Shown: positions 11,690 to 21,639 of the stretch, one piece after another
Position numbering within the stretch: position 1 is the stretch's first letter
Layout of the letters: every line of letters begins with the position of its first letter
Assembly: GCA_036172245.1 (NCBI GenBank)
Contig: JAYWIR010000070.1
Location: 1-64,000 of the forward strand
Source of the DNA: Raillietiella orientalis
Taxonomy: Eukaryota
Reading direction: 5' to 3'
Length of the DNA stretch: 64,000 nucleotides
Notes under the pieces: model-generated
What the model was told of the DNA's origin: nothing
Database searches by the model: none
The model's input: the letters and a program-made list of their open reading frames with translations, nothing else
Program-made: the position numbers and the translations under genes

Positions 11690-12640
11690 TGCTGGCTCTT
11701 GAGGGCATGTCCACAAGCGTCGGGAGGGAGACTTGCTGTTCCCGGCGATGCTTTGATCGCGGATCCCTTTTGTCCCTATTAGCTCTGATTCCTTCTTTTC
11801 CACTTTTTCCTTCCCCCTCCCCCCCACGCAGGATCGCCTGCAATTCGTCTGGAATATCGGAGATTTTTCCGCACCGACTTACTCCACTTGTCCGTCCTTC
11901 TTTCGTGACAGCTGCTGCTTCCCGCTCGCTTAGTGGGATCCACTGCACCCATCGCCCTCCCGCAGGTGACTGTATTGGCCACCGGCATTCGCACTTGACC
12001 TTCGGGAGCGTCTTCTCCAGACGATCCCTGTAATTTACAGAACCACGAAATAAAGGCTTCCCTCCCTTCACTTCACAATGCACTGAAGCATTGACCATTT
12101 CAGAACGCCGGCGGGTTCACTGTCCGAAGGATAGGATTCGTGCTCGGTGCAGTCACCGGCTCTCCGACTACTGAATACTTTAGAGAGACAGCGGGCAATT
12201 ATATTCCCCTCCCCCCCTCCAGACGGCGTGGGCCTTGGAAAACTTGACCGGCTCGGTGACCTCATGAAGCAATTCTGCATGTCGACAGTGATCCTAGCCA
12301 AGCGGATGCTTGGCCGGGAGATTTTTGCTCACGAGACAAAGTCCGTGCCTGACGAGTGCATGCCAGAGGTTCGGTCAGTGCTAAATTACTGCAGTGCGGC
12401 TCCATCTCGTGTCCTCTGTTCAGAGAGTTCAGTTCCGAGGATCCTCTTGCTCGCACTCCGAGAAGACGGAACTCTTTCACGGACTCTGTGCACATCTTAC
12501 GTCGAAGGTCTCACCTCGAATCTCTGGGTCACGGTGACCCTAGGGAGATCTGTTCACCTGAATTCTCCGAACAAATGACTCTGGAAATTGAGCTCTTGAT
12601 CCTTGGTTGTCAGAAGGCTTCTGTGGACCTCAGTGGATGA
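11690..12640 (-). mobile_element. Decayed L1/Tx1-type ORF2 3' half
   Basis: 'SENSGEQIS' (~F..SGL.IN), 'VKEFRLLGV' (~KYLGV) and 'PSGGGEG' (~P..EGGLG), in the expected order on the minus strand. Confidence 0.45.
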
Positions 12641-15149
12641 AATGTTCGTCTTTAAGCGGATGGGAAAACCGCAACCAAGGACAAGGACAAAATTAGGGCA
12701 ACCGAACACTCAGTAGGCTGAAACGCACAGTGCACCGATCTCTCTGGACAAAACAGTTTCCAGAAGCTCATCCTCTTCCCATGAAATCCTGTTAGGCACT
12801 GGACCTTCCAAAAATTTCGGACGCTTCCTCTTCATCCCTCGTTCGTCCGTTTCCACGATGAACTTTGCACGAGGAAACCCCATACGTACAAGACGAAACT
12901 TTGACACATGTATGGTTCTGGAACGTCAGCATCGCCACCTGAGAACCCCCACCATTTGAGCGTCAAACCCGTGCGACGTGCCATTCCTATGGAAACAGAA
13001 CTTGAACTTATTCCACTATTCCCACAAAGTAGAACGCCGCGTTCGTTCTTGTATTGTGAGCTACGTAACCCTGGCAACGGTGCACTTGTGTGTAAAATGG
13101 AAAAACTCTTGTGTAAAATTCAAGCTCTCAAGAATTTCAAGTTTAGAAAGATGAGATTTTCTCGAGGTGTCTTGGAATTCACTCATGACTCAAACTGCAC
13201 GATTTCCTACAACAGTCCCAGTCTTGCACTTAGCCAGGAACACGCGTTCGTGCGTGCTTCCCACATCCACGTTTTCATCCTGCAGAATTCTGAAGGATAT
13301 TCATCGCCAATCTACACAAGACCACTGGAGCAGACCAGACTCGATCGGGATGCTTGAAGGCTCTGTATTTCTACGTTGTAACACTTGGGTTCTTTGCCCA
13401 TTACTGTTATACTGCCGCCGCCCCTTCAGTTTCTCTTGCAGCCACCCGGAACTGGTCAGCATGCGCACATCATAAGTTGTTTTAGAGTGCCATGCATTCA
13501 AAGAGAAATCTCTTTACATTTTGTTTTTGTTTTTTTTCTCTGTGGTAAGTGAAGTTTCATCCAGTAGTTCCACATCATATCAGATCTCGTGATCCCACTG
13601 GAGCCACATGTTGCATAGAGTGGAGTCTTTTCTTTTTTTTTTTTTTTTTTTTCGTGTCAAAGTCCGGTATTCCTGGCTATTGAGTTGCCCTCGCCATTCT
13701 GTGGAAATTGAGGGGTGCTCCTTTTAATTCGCGTGGGCACCCTTGAAGTCCTTCCCCCAGTGCCTGACTCTGGTTCCCTCTCCAAGCATGGATTATATGG
13801 TAGAGATCTCCCTTAGCGCCTATCCCGGAACTATTGCCGCGAAGCAGGGAAAATTTCTATCCACGGGGGACTGTAATGCTCCCTCCCCCCTCCTCCCATC
13901 CCCTTTTCATTCTTCCTTTCTTGGTCATCTTTCTTGCTCTGGAAAGCACTTCCACTGCCTACTGCTTCCTTGTTTTCATAGACTTCATTTGCTGCGCTAA
14001 AGTGCAGTTACAGTCCAGCCTCCCACACGTGAGCAGATGGAGTTTCGATTCCGACACGTTCACGTGTCTCCCAGTTTTCCAACGCTTTCCGATCTTCCTC
14101 TCACGCTGTAAACTTCCACGGTGTGCAATTTTGTATTCTGGGCGGCAGGCAGGCGTTTCGCGATCTCTCCTCCAGTGGATCATTTTAATGGGACTTCGAT
14201 TTTGAAAGCCACATGCTTTCGTGAAAGCCAAACGGTAGGATCTCTTCTTACGATGCGCGAATGCTGTTCTCCGTTGGTTCCCATCGGACCGTCGCTGTCT
14301 GTCGCCTTAGCGTAGGCTCGACGGCTGCAAAATGGCGTGCTGATTCTGATTCGTATAGATTGCTAGACTAAGACACCTCTTCGGGAAGCAGCTCGAGCTA
14401 GCACCACGCTGAGCGGATTTCCCCCCCCCCCAGGCAATTGGATGTTATACATAGCACACGTAGATGGTGGTGAGATCCTTTCTTTACTTTCTTATTTGCT
14501 TTTTCCATGGTTGCTTTCTTGGAAATCTGCAGTCTGTATTTTCGCATAGCCACTATGCTTCCAAATGGACGTGGATGCTAGCCATGCACGCTCACCCAGA
14601 GCTATGCTCGTATACTATCACAGTCATCAGCGTATCCGAAGCGTCGGGAGTGACCAACGTTCTGAACAAATGAAGAACGTTGCTTCTTCATTTGGTCCTT
14701 CTGTTCATCTGTTCTTCATCTGTTCAGTAAGGTCATTATTTGCTGTTGCTTTCCACTGTGCCCTTGTTCCATATTTTTCTGACTGTTTCTGCTTGTTCAC
14801 TTGCTTTATGATCATCTCCCTATTTTCCTAGTAATCGCTTGAGGTAACGTCCGGACTTCGTTTCTCTCTTCACGAGGTACTTTTGTATCCCTCTGCATCC
14901 CATCAGATTCTTATGTGTCGAGAAAGAATAGCGGAGACACCTTGTTTCCTTTTTGACTTTTTCCTCTTTCTTTTCCTTGTCCCCATCTTCTGGAATAAGT
15001 GAGGCACCTCTGTTCCATCTCGAAATTCAGGTCTTGAGGTAGGTTGAGCCAGCTCTTGAAGGAGTGATGCACACTCAGCTACTGAAAAGCAGGTTGCTAC
15101 GGTTTTTGCCAGAGTCCGATCCTCGTACGCACTCTGTAAGGTTATTTTA

Positions 15150-15295
15150 AGAAATATACTTTTTAAAAATTTGTTTTTTTATTTTTATCATTTTTTTCCG
15201 ACTTTCTTAGGGGGACTCTCGCGGCTCTTTGACACTGTCCACACCATCCGAGGGTGAGTTAGGAGGTAACCTCGGAGGCTTTTACCCGATGAAGC
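15150..15295 (-). mobile_element. SINE-family tail fragment with A-rich end (copy X4)
   Basis: GCTCTTTGACACTGTCCACACCATCCGAGGGTGAGT aligns with the X1/X2/X3 tails. The T-rich plus strand at 15150-15197 is an A-rich tail on minus. Confidence 0.7.
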
Positions 15296-15405
15296 GGGGA
15301 CGTTTATTTGAAAGAACAAACTAGTCCGAGGAAAATGACATCCCCTCAATACAAGAGATGCCACAGAAATAAAGTCCATTTGGGATGACCACTGGCACGA
15401 GAGGT
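15281..15405 (-). mobile_element. Terminal 3' UTR of a Tx1-like LINE (probably the end of element B)
   Basis: Reverse complement CCTCTCGTGCCAGTGG...AAATAAACGTCCCCGCTTCATCGGGTAA matches 17051-17161 CCTGCGTGCCAGTGG...AAATAAACGTCCCGGCGTGACCGGGTAA. Confidence 0.7.
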
Positions 15406-17161
15406 CGCCGCCGCGCTGCCACCGCCCTCCAAGGCCCGAAAAAGGCCTTGAGGCGTCCGACCTCTACGAAGGGGTCCGAGATCTCGGACTCCGACGTAGA
15501 AGCCGAAAAAGCATCTTCCGCCGCAAAAGCAGCTCGCCGGAAGTCTGCCCGCAAGTCCAAGACTCGTCGAAGGCACGCCTTCCTAGTCGAAGAGGAAGAG
15601 ATCGCCTCCGACAGCGAGGGTGCGATGAGTGTGGACACTCGGGACTCGTCACCCAAGAACGTCCCATGCCCCGACACTGAGGGAATGGAAGAGGTGGAGG
15701 CTGTCCAGGTGTCTTAGGTGTCCGCCGTCCCCGAAAACCTGTCGTCCGCTCAGGTTGTGGCGGGGCCAACACGCCACTTTCCCAGCAGTAACGCCGGGAA
15801 TCGCCTCTCGCTGTTCTCTGCAGATCGCCTGTTGGAACATCAACGGGCTACGCGACGACGGCAAGAGGTGGGCCGTAGCTGCCACCCTGCGGTCCTTCGA
15901 CCTTGTGCTGCTGCAGGCGATGTACCTCATCTCTGCAGAACATGAGCAGGAGATCGAACGGATCTCGAGAGGGCGTCTGCTATGGAGATGCCGCACCTCG
16001 TAGTCCAGCGGGGTCGCTTACCTGCTTCAGACAGCTGCTGCGGCCGCCGCCCGGGATGTGCGGTTCGACGATGCGGGTCGAGTCGGCCAGCTGACCCTTA
16101 GGTGGTTCGACTCCATCGACCTGATCGTCACCAACCTGTACGCTCCGAGTGGCACTCACGCGCTGAAGGTAAGAATAGCATTCTTTCATGCCCTGAAACG
16201 CGAATGGCTGGCTGAAGAGGGCGTGCGCAAAGCTCATCTGGTGGCAGGTGACTTTAATGTACGCCACTCCTCGCTCTACAGCAGAGGGACTACTTCGGTG
16301 GGGAGAAGCTCTTGGGGTTGCCCCCGAGGAACTGATAGTCCCTCCCTGCTGTTTGGACGGTTCGATGTTTCCCCTTGCATGGAAGCAAGACGTCTTGCTC
16401 TTCTTGCACTGGGGCTTGCGCTACAACGAGCAGCGGCACCGAGTTTCCGGTGGGGTGGCTTCTCCCTACTGTGTCCGGTACGGGGCGACGGAGTCGTTCC
16501 CGCACCTTGCTTTGGACTGCGGTGCCCTCCAGGAACTCTGGCGGAGGTTGGCAGCAGCACTCCTGCCACCGGGGGACACCGCCCGTGAAGTGCTGCGACG
16601 GTTCTTCCAAGCACAAGGACTTTCGACGGCTGCGATGATTTCCACAGTTGGTTGCATCCGCGCCATCGTCACGGTCCGAGACGTGCTGGAGAACACTGGT
16701 CAGCGATGCTGTGTCACCAGGAAGGCAGCTGACTTTATCAGGGCGGCAGCTGGATGGCGACACTTGACCGAAAACGCAACGGAGGAGCTCACCAACATCC
16801 ATGGTCGGATTACCTATAGTTTGGAACGTCGAACCCGGTGATCCACCTCCATTCCCATTCAATTCCATTTTTGTTTTCGCGCCCCACTTCCCATTCGCTC
16901 CGTAGTGCTTTTGATGCTTTTACTCTTTGTGTTTTCTGGTGACTGCGGAGCGTCACTTAAGATCCCTGCCCCTTTCCTCCCATTTAGACTGTTCTTTTTG
17001 TTTGTAATCCCCCCTACTCCCCCACCCGTTCCGGACCTTCCGGTTTCCTGGCCTGCGTGCCAGTGGCGTATCTTCGTTGTTGGTTTTCTCGTAGTTGTCG
17101 GCTGGAAAGAACTGTTTCCAGCTGGTTTATTAAAATAAACGTCCCGGCGTGACCGGGTAAG
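15406..17161 (+). mobile_element. Tx1/L1-like LINE 'A': ORF1 tail, APE endonuclease, RT deleted, CCHC domain, 3' UTR
   Basis: IACWNINGL (15824-15850), DLVLLQA, NLYAP and GDFN (16247-16258), followed directly by 'LHWGLRYN...YCVRYGATESFPHLALDC'. Stop at 16841. AATAAA plus hairpin at the 3' end. Confidence 0.85.
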
Positions 17162-18095
17162 AAACTTTAATGTACGCCTGATGCCAGGTGCGCCGGACAA
17201 TGAATGTGACGTGGTCAACGAGGTGTGAGCGGCGATGCACACCCGCAACTTGTTGCCCGGGGATCTGGCAATGGATACCAGCATCGACCACGTTTCCCTT
17301 GATCAGCACCTGTGCTCCCATGTGGGCAGGTGCTGTAAGGTACCGTCGGAGCACAAGGCTGCAAGGGAGACCGCTGGCCGAAGAGCGTCGCGAACGAAGA
17401 GAGGTCTCATTGCGTCCCTAAAGTTGCCTCCGGTGGTTCCTAGGGCCACGGTAAAGCGTTCCCGTAGGGGCAGAAGGGCGACACAGTCCACTAACAGGTG
17501 GGGAGGAATTCTAGCTCCCTGCACCTAACACAATTGAGGTCGACACCCCCCCGCGTCCAGTGGTGGTGGCGTGCGTTGCATGGGAGACCCCAATGCAGCA
17601 GTAACAGCGCCGAATGCTTTTACTTCATGGGGAGGATGAGCGTGTCCATCAGCACCGGAGGCCACTCCAGTTGCTCCACCGGAACATCCAGGAGCACGTC
17701 CCAGAGCAAAAGTCCATGTGGGGTTGTACTTGGGGTAGCAGCTTCTGTCATCTGACCCGTTTTACATTCCCTGATCCTCTTCTTCCCGAAGATTTTAATG
17801 AAAACCTCCCATTTTGTCGCGATGTCGCTGCTCAGATGTTCCCTGAGGGAGGGCAACACCGCAGCAAGAGAAGTTCTTCCTGCCCACCGCTTTTTCGGGG
17901 ATCCTCCAGGATCTCTCGGAGCGTGTGGTGCGGTTGCTGTGCCGCACGAACAGGAATCTTCGCACCATGGGCAAGCAGAACCTCTCTTGCCGCCACTCTG
18001 CCCTTCCTTAGGGAGTATATGGGCAGCAGCCTTATGGCTAGATAGGAGGTTACGGTGGAAATCTCCGGAAGGAGAAAAGGACTGGGCGAGTGGAT
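17162..18095 (-). mobile_element. Tx1-like LINE 'B': ORF2 C-terminal region
   Basis: 'LLLWDVLLDVPVEQLEWPPVLMDTLILP..HSALLLLHWGLPCN..NCVRC..PHLLVDC', homologous to A and C. Confidence 0.8.
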
Positions 18096-18972
18096 GACGG
18101 GCCAGCTCACTGACTCTGCGACCTCGAATGCTCGACCTCTTGGACTTTTTCTCTGGGACGTGCTACTGGGTATTTCGGAGGAAGACCTGCAGTAGCCCCG
18201 GTTCTCATGAACACCATCACCCTCCCCTCAAAGTGGCAGGAGTCGGCATTGCTGCTGCTGCACTGGAGCCTCCCGTGCAACGCCCGCCGGCATCTGTGAA
18301 CACAGGTGTGTGTGAATCCAAACTGTGCAAGATGCGGAGTGCGGGAATCCTTCTTACACCTCCTAGTGGACTGTGGACTGTGTTGCCCTCCGGTTCCTAT
18401 AAGGACGCTTGGCCACGATCCTTGGAGCCCCGGCGGCAATGCCAGAGACGTTTGAAAGCGCCTCTTCCAGCGCGACGCCCTCACGCCGACGGCTTCCCTA
18501 GCAGCACTACGCTGCCTACGCAGGATCGTGGCCTCATGGAGCAATGCCAGAGGAGGCCAGAACGACAGGGACGCTATCTATTTTGCTGTCCTCATCCACG
18601 TAAGGATGACGGCAAGTTCCTGTTTTATGGTTCCCCATATTGACGCTGTTCATGAGAACAGCGTCAAGATGGCTACATCCGGGAACCATAAAAGGAAACA
18701 GGAACTTGCCGGCATCCTCACTTGGATGCAGAGGACGACCTCCAGCAAAAAGTGATTCCTTCCCAAACTCACCCCAATTTTTTGACTGCAATTTTTGTTT
18801 TGTTTTGTTTTGTTTGTTTGTCTCTCCTTCCCCTGTGCTGCCGAGGCGAACCCTGCTGGCCTGCGTACCAGATTTCGGCAGGTTCCTTTTCGTATCCATA
18901 AGTAATGTGGCAGGATAAAACGGACTGCCACAGGCATGTAGGTTTATAAACAAATCCCCAGCGTGACCGGGT
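18095..18972 (+). mobile_element. Tx1-like LINE 'C': 5'-truncated ORF2 C-terminus and 3' UTR
   Basis: 'LFLWDVLLG..ESALLLLHWSLPCN..NCARCGVRESFLHLLVDC'. (TTTTG)n in the UTR. End GGTTTATAAACAAATCCCCAGCGTGACCGGGT resembles the end of A. Confidence 0.8.
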
Positions 18973-19500
18973 GTCAACCAATGCTGCCGCACTCGAAGTC
19001 CACAGGCCAGCCCAACGCCATCCTCCGAGAAGGAATCGAAGCCCACAGAGCAGCCCTTATTCCCGGTGTCTATCCTCCAAGTGAGGATTAGAACCCGCAA
19101 CTCTTGTAGCCACGCTCGGAGACCCGTAGCCACACGTCCTCCACCACTGTCCTTGTGGATACAGTCCTAAGAACTGCCATCTCTTTCCATCCTTGAAGAG
19201 CAGATCCATCTGCGGACCAATGTTTGTGCATTCCTTGACCAATTGTGAATTTCATCACAGCGCCATTATCTTGAATGCTCTGGATCATGAGTTCCACAAG
19301 GAAGGACATGCGAGCAAAAAATTCCCACACGCAAAAAATTTCAGAACTAGTGGATCTGCGTGCTCAGGTCTCATGGTAGGCAGTGCTTATGATGCAGTAG
19401 ATCTTCGTATGGGGTTACGCTGGGAACGTTCATTAAACGCGAAAGGACACACACACACAAATGGAATGAGTGCACTGTACAGGGATACCAAAGTTTAATC
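18973..19500 (-). mobile_element. Tx1-like LINE 'D': older ORF2 C-terminal fragment
   Basis: 'WLQELRVLILTW' ~ C 'KQELAGILTW'. 'MWEFFARM' ~ A 'LRRFFQAQ'. ACCCGCAACT(C)TTGT is shared with B. Confidence 0.4.
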
Positions 19501-19574
19501 CCCATAGGGATTAAAGCTTTCACCCAGTCACTGACCAGTATTTTGGCTCAGGAGAAAAGGATGAAAGAGAGAGT

Positions 19575-20219
19575 TAGATAAAGAAACAAAAAAAAAATGG
19601 TAAGTGGATTCCGGAAAGAGGAAAGGATCTCGCTATACAAGGAACACAGCCTGACGTGGCATGCCCTGCAGAACGTCATGCTATCCCAGACGAAGCATTT
19701 TCACGTCATCCAGGAACTGCAGGCAGTCGGCGCACTCGAGGCACTTGGCATGCCACTCCGTCCGTCACCACCCTCAGGATGCACTGGTCCTGGATGGGCG
19801 AGCAGCAACCCGTTCACACGCTGACGTTCATCCTGGGCAGGAGTAGGGGCATCCACAGGACCCGGGAAGGGAATGAGAGAGGGAAAGGGGGCGTGTAGTC
19901 CGCTCCTCACTGGGGACGATCCTTGGCAATGTCGCCTGGGGAAAGAGGCGTTCCTCCTTCATCCAGAGGAGAACCTCAGGACACAACAGGCAGCTCTGCT
20001 TCCTAGATACGGGATATACCTGGATACGAAGGCAGTGGTCCGGGCGCACCACTCCCGCGTAAGGTGCATGTAGACGCGGGCACTCACAGTGGGGGGAGGC
20101 CGGAAAGCTCTCACGGGCTCCCGGTCTCCACGCTCCAGCAAGTGGGATCTGGGAAGGTAGATAAAGGAGTAAAAAAAAATTAGTGGATTTTAAAAAGGGG
20201 AAAGTATCTCGCTATACAA
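19575..20219. repeat. Imperfect ~65-bp direct repeats flanking a GC-rich ORF1-like fragment
   Basis: TAGATAAAG..A9-10..AGTGGATT..GAAAG.ATCTCGCTATACAA at 19575-19640 and 20158-20219. Confidence 0.75.
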
Positions 20220-20810
20220 AGAAGCTTGTCTTCTGCAACAGCCTGCGGGCAATCTGGGAGATGCTTCTTCAAATTCCCGTCTGGGTGGGGTCATCTGACC
20301 AACCCCTTAAGGTGGCAAACGTTGTGCCGAAAGCTACCTTGCACAGAAAAGTCCATTCTGCCGTGGGCGCAACGCAGGGTTGAGACCGACCTCTCGCAGG
20401 GCTAAGATGCAGAAACCAAAGGCGCAGTGGAGTGAGATAGGGCAGTGGAAAATGACAACGGTGAACAAATAAAAAAAGGAGGCGGTACTATGTCTGGCTT
20501 GTTTATTTCCCAAGGATCCGGACATGACAGGGCTGCTGGGCACCGGACCTTTTCTCGTGCAGAGGAGCCACGATGCTTTCTCGGTCCTTCGATGATGGCG
20601 GAGGATGTGGCCATCTCAACGTATGTCGCTTAAGATTACGGTCGATGCGAATACCCCCGGTCCATTAGTAAAGTCCGCTGAAAAGGCCACTGCGATGCCT
20701 CGCGAGTAGCACATTTTATAGCAAGGGAAGCAGTTGGTGACGTCTCCTCCGTGCACTCCACGTAAAGCGGTCATTGAATTCTCATAGACTCTGCTCAGGA
20801 TGATGGAAAT

Positions 20811-21615
20811 TCTTCTCTTTTCTGTCTTCGCTGTTTTCCTTCCAGTTTTATCGGGGGGTTCGTTGAGCTCAAGAGCCGTCGCACTCCTGGCGGCTCACTC
20901 AACTCTTTGATACTGTTCCACGCCACCCGAAGGTACGTATAATTCTTCAAGATAGGGGGTACCCCGGTAGGGGTCCCGCCCTATGGATCCAGGACGGGAT
21001 CGGAGTCCTTTCTCCTCACGCCTGGGGAGGGATACCCGAAGGGAGCCCCCACCCTGGTTCTCTCCGGAGGGACCCTCGGAGGGGTCCGCTCCATTTTTTC
21101 TTCTCCAGAGGGAACCCGGAAAGGAGCCGCTAGGAGGAATTTCTTCTCCGGAAGGGACCCGCAAGGGAACTGCTCCCTGTTTACTCCTCTGAAGAGAACC
21201 CCGAAGGGATGCTTCCTAATTTTCTCTGAAGGGTGCTTCCCCGAAGGGATCGGCTCGCTTCTCTGCACTCTCTGGAGCACTGACAACACACCTGCTCCAT
21301 TAGTACGACGCGGAGGATCCATCTGGAATGGGGGTCTGCTCCTTTGCACAGCTGGAGAGGAATAAACTTCCAACCCTTGCTTCCTGTAAGGACCCGAAGA
21401 TCGACTCCCATTGTCACAGCCCTCATCGGGGACATCCGGTTTGGACCGCTACCAGTGCCTCACCCGAATGAATGGAGGCTAACCAGCGTCATTTCTCAGG
21501 AGGAACTCAGACCCACGACGTCCACTGCGTCGATTCATTTCGGGTGTTCGAACTCGCAACGCCTGGTGGTGCCACTCGCGGAGGCCTCAGCCACACGGCC
21601 TCCGATGCGGGCTCG
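20811..21615 (-). mobile_element. tRNA-derived SINE, long form with probable TSD (copy X2)
   Basis: B box GAGTTCGAACACC on minus (~21543-21555). Six ~40-bp units at 21021-21258. Flanks GCTCAGGATGATG (20793-20805) and GCTCAGGATCGATG (21616-21629). Confidence 0.85.
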
Positions 21616-21639
21616 GCTCAGGATCGATGCGATGGTACC

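Noticed and set aside
15281..17161. Element with terminal inverted repeats
   Set aside because: The inverted ends are diverged and are better explained as LINE A nested in oppositely oriented LINE B.
21021..21258. CRISPR-like repeat-spacer appearance
   Set aside because: Repeats are degenerate, linkers are only ~10 nt, there are no cas genes, and the array lies inside a eukaryotic SINE.
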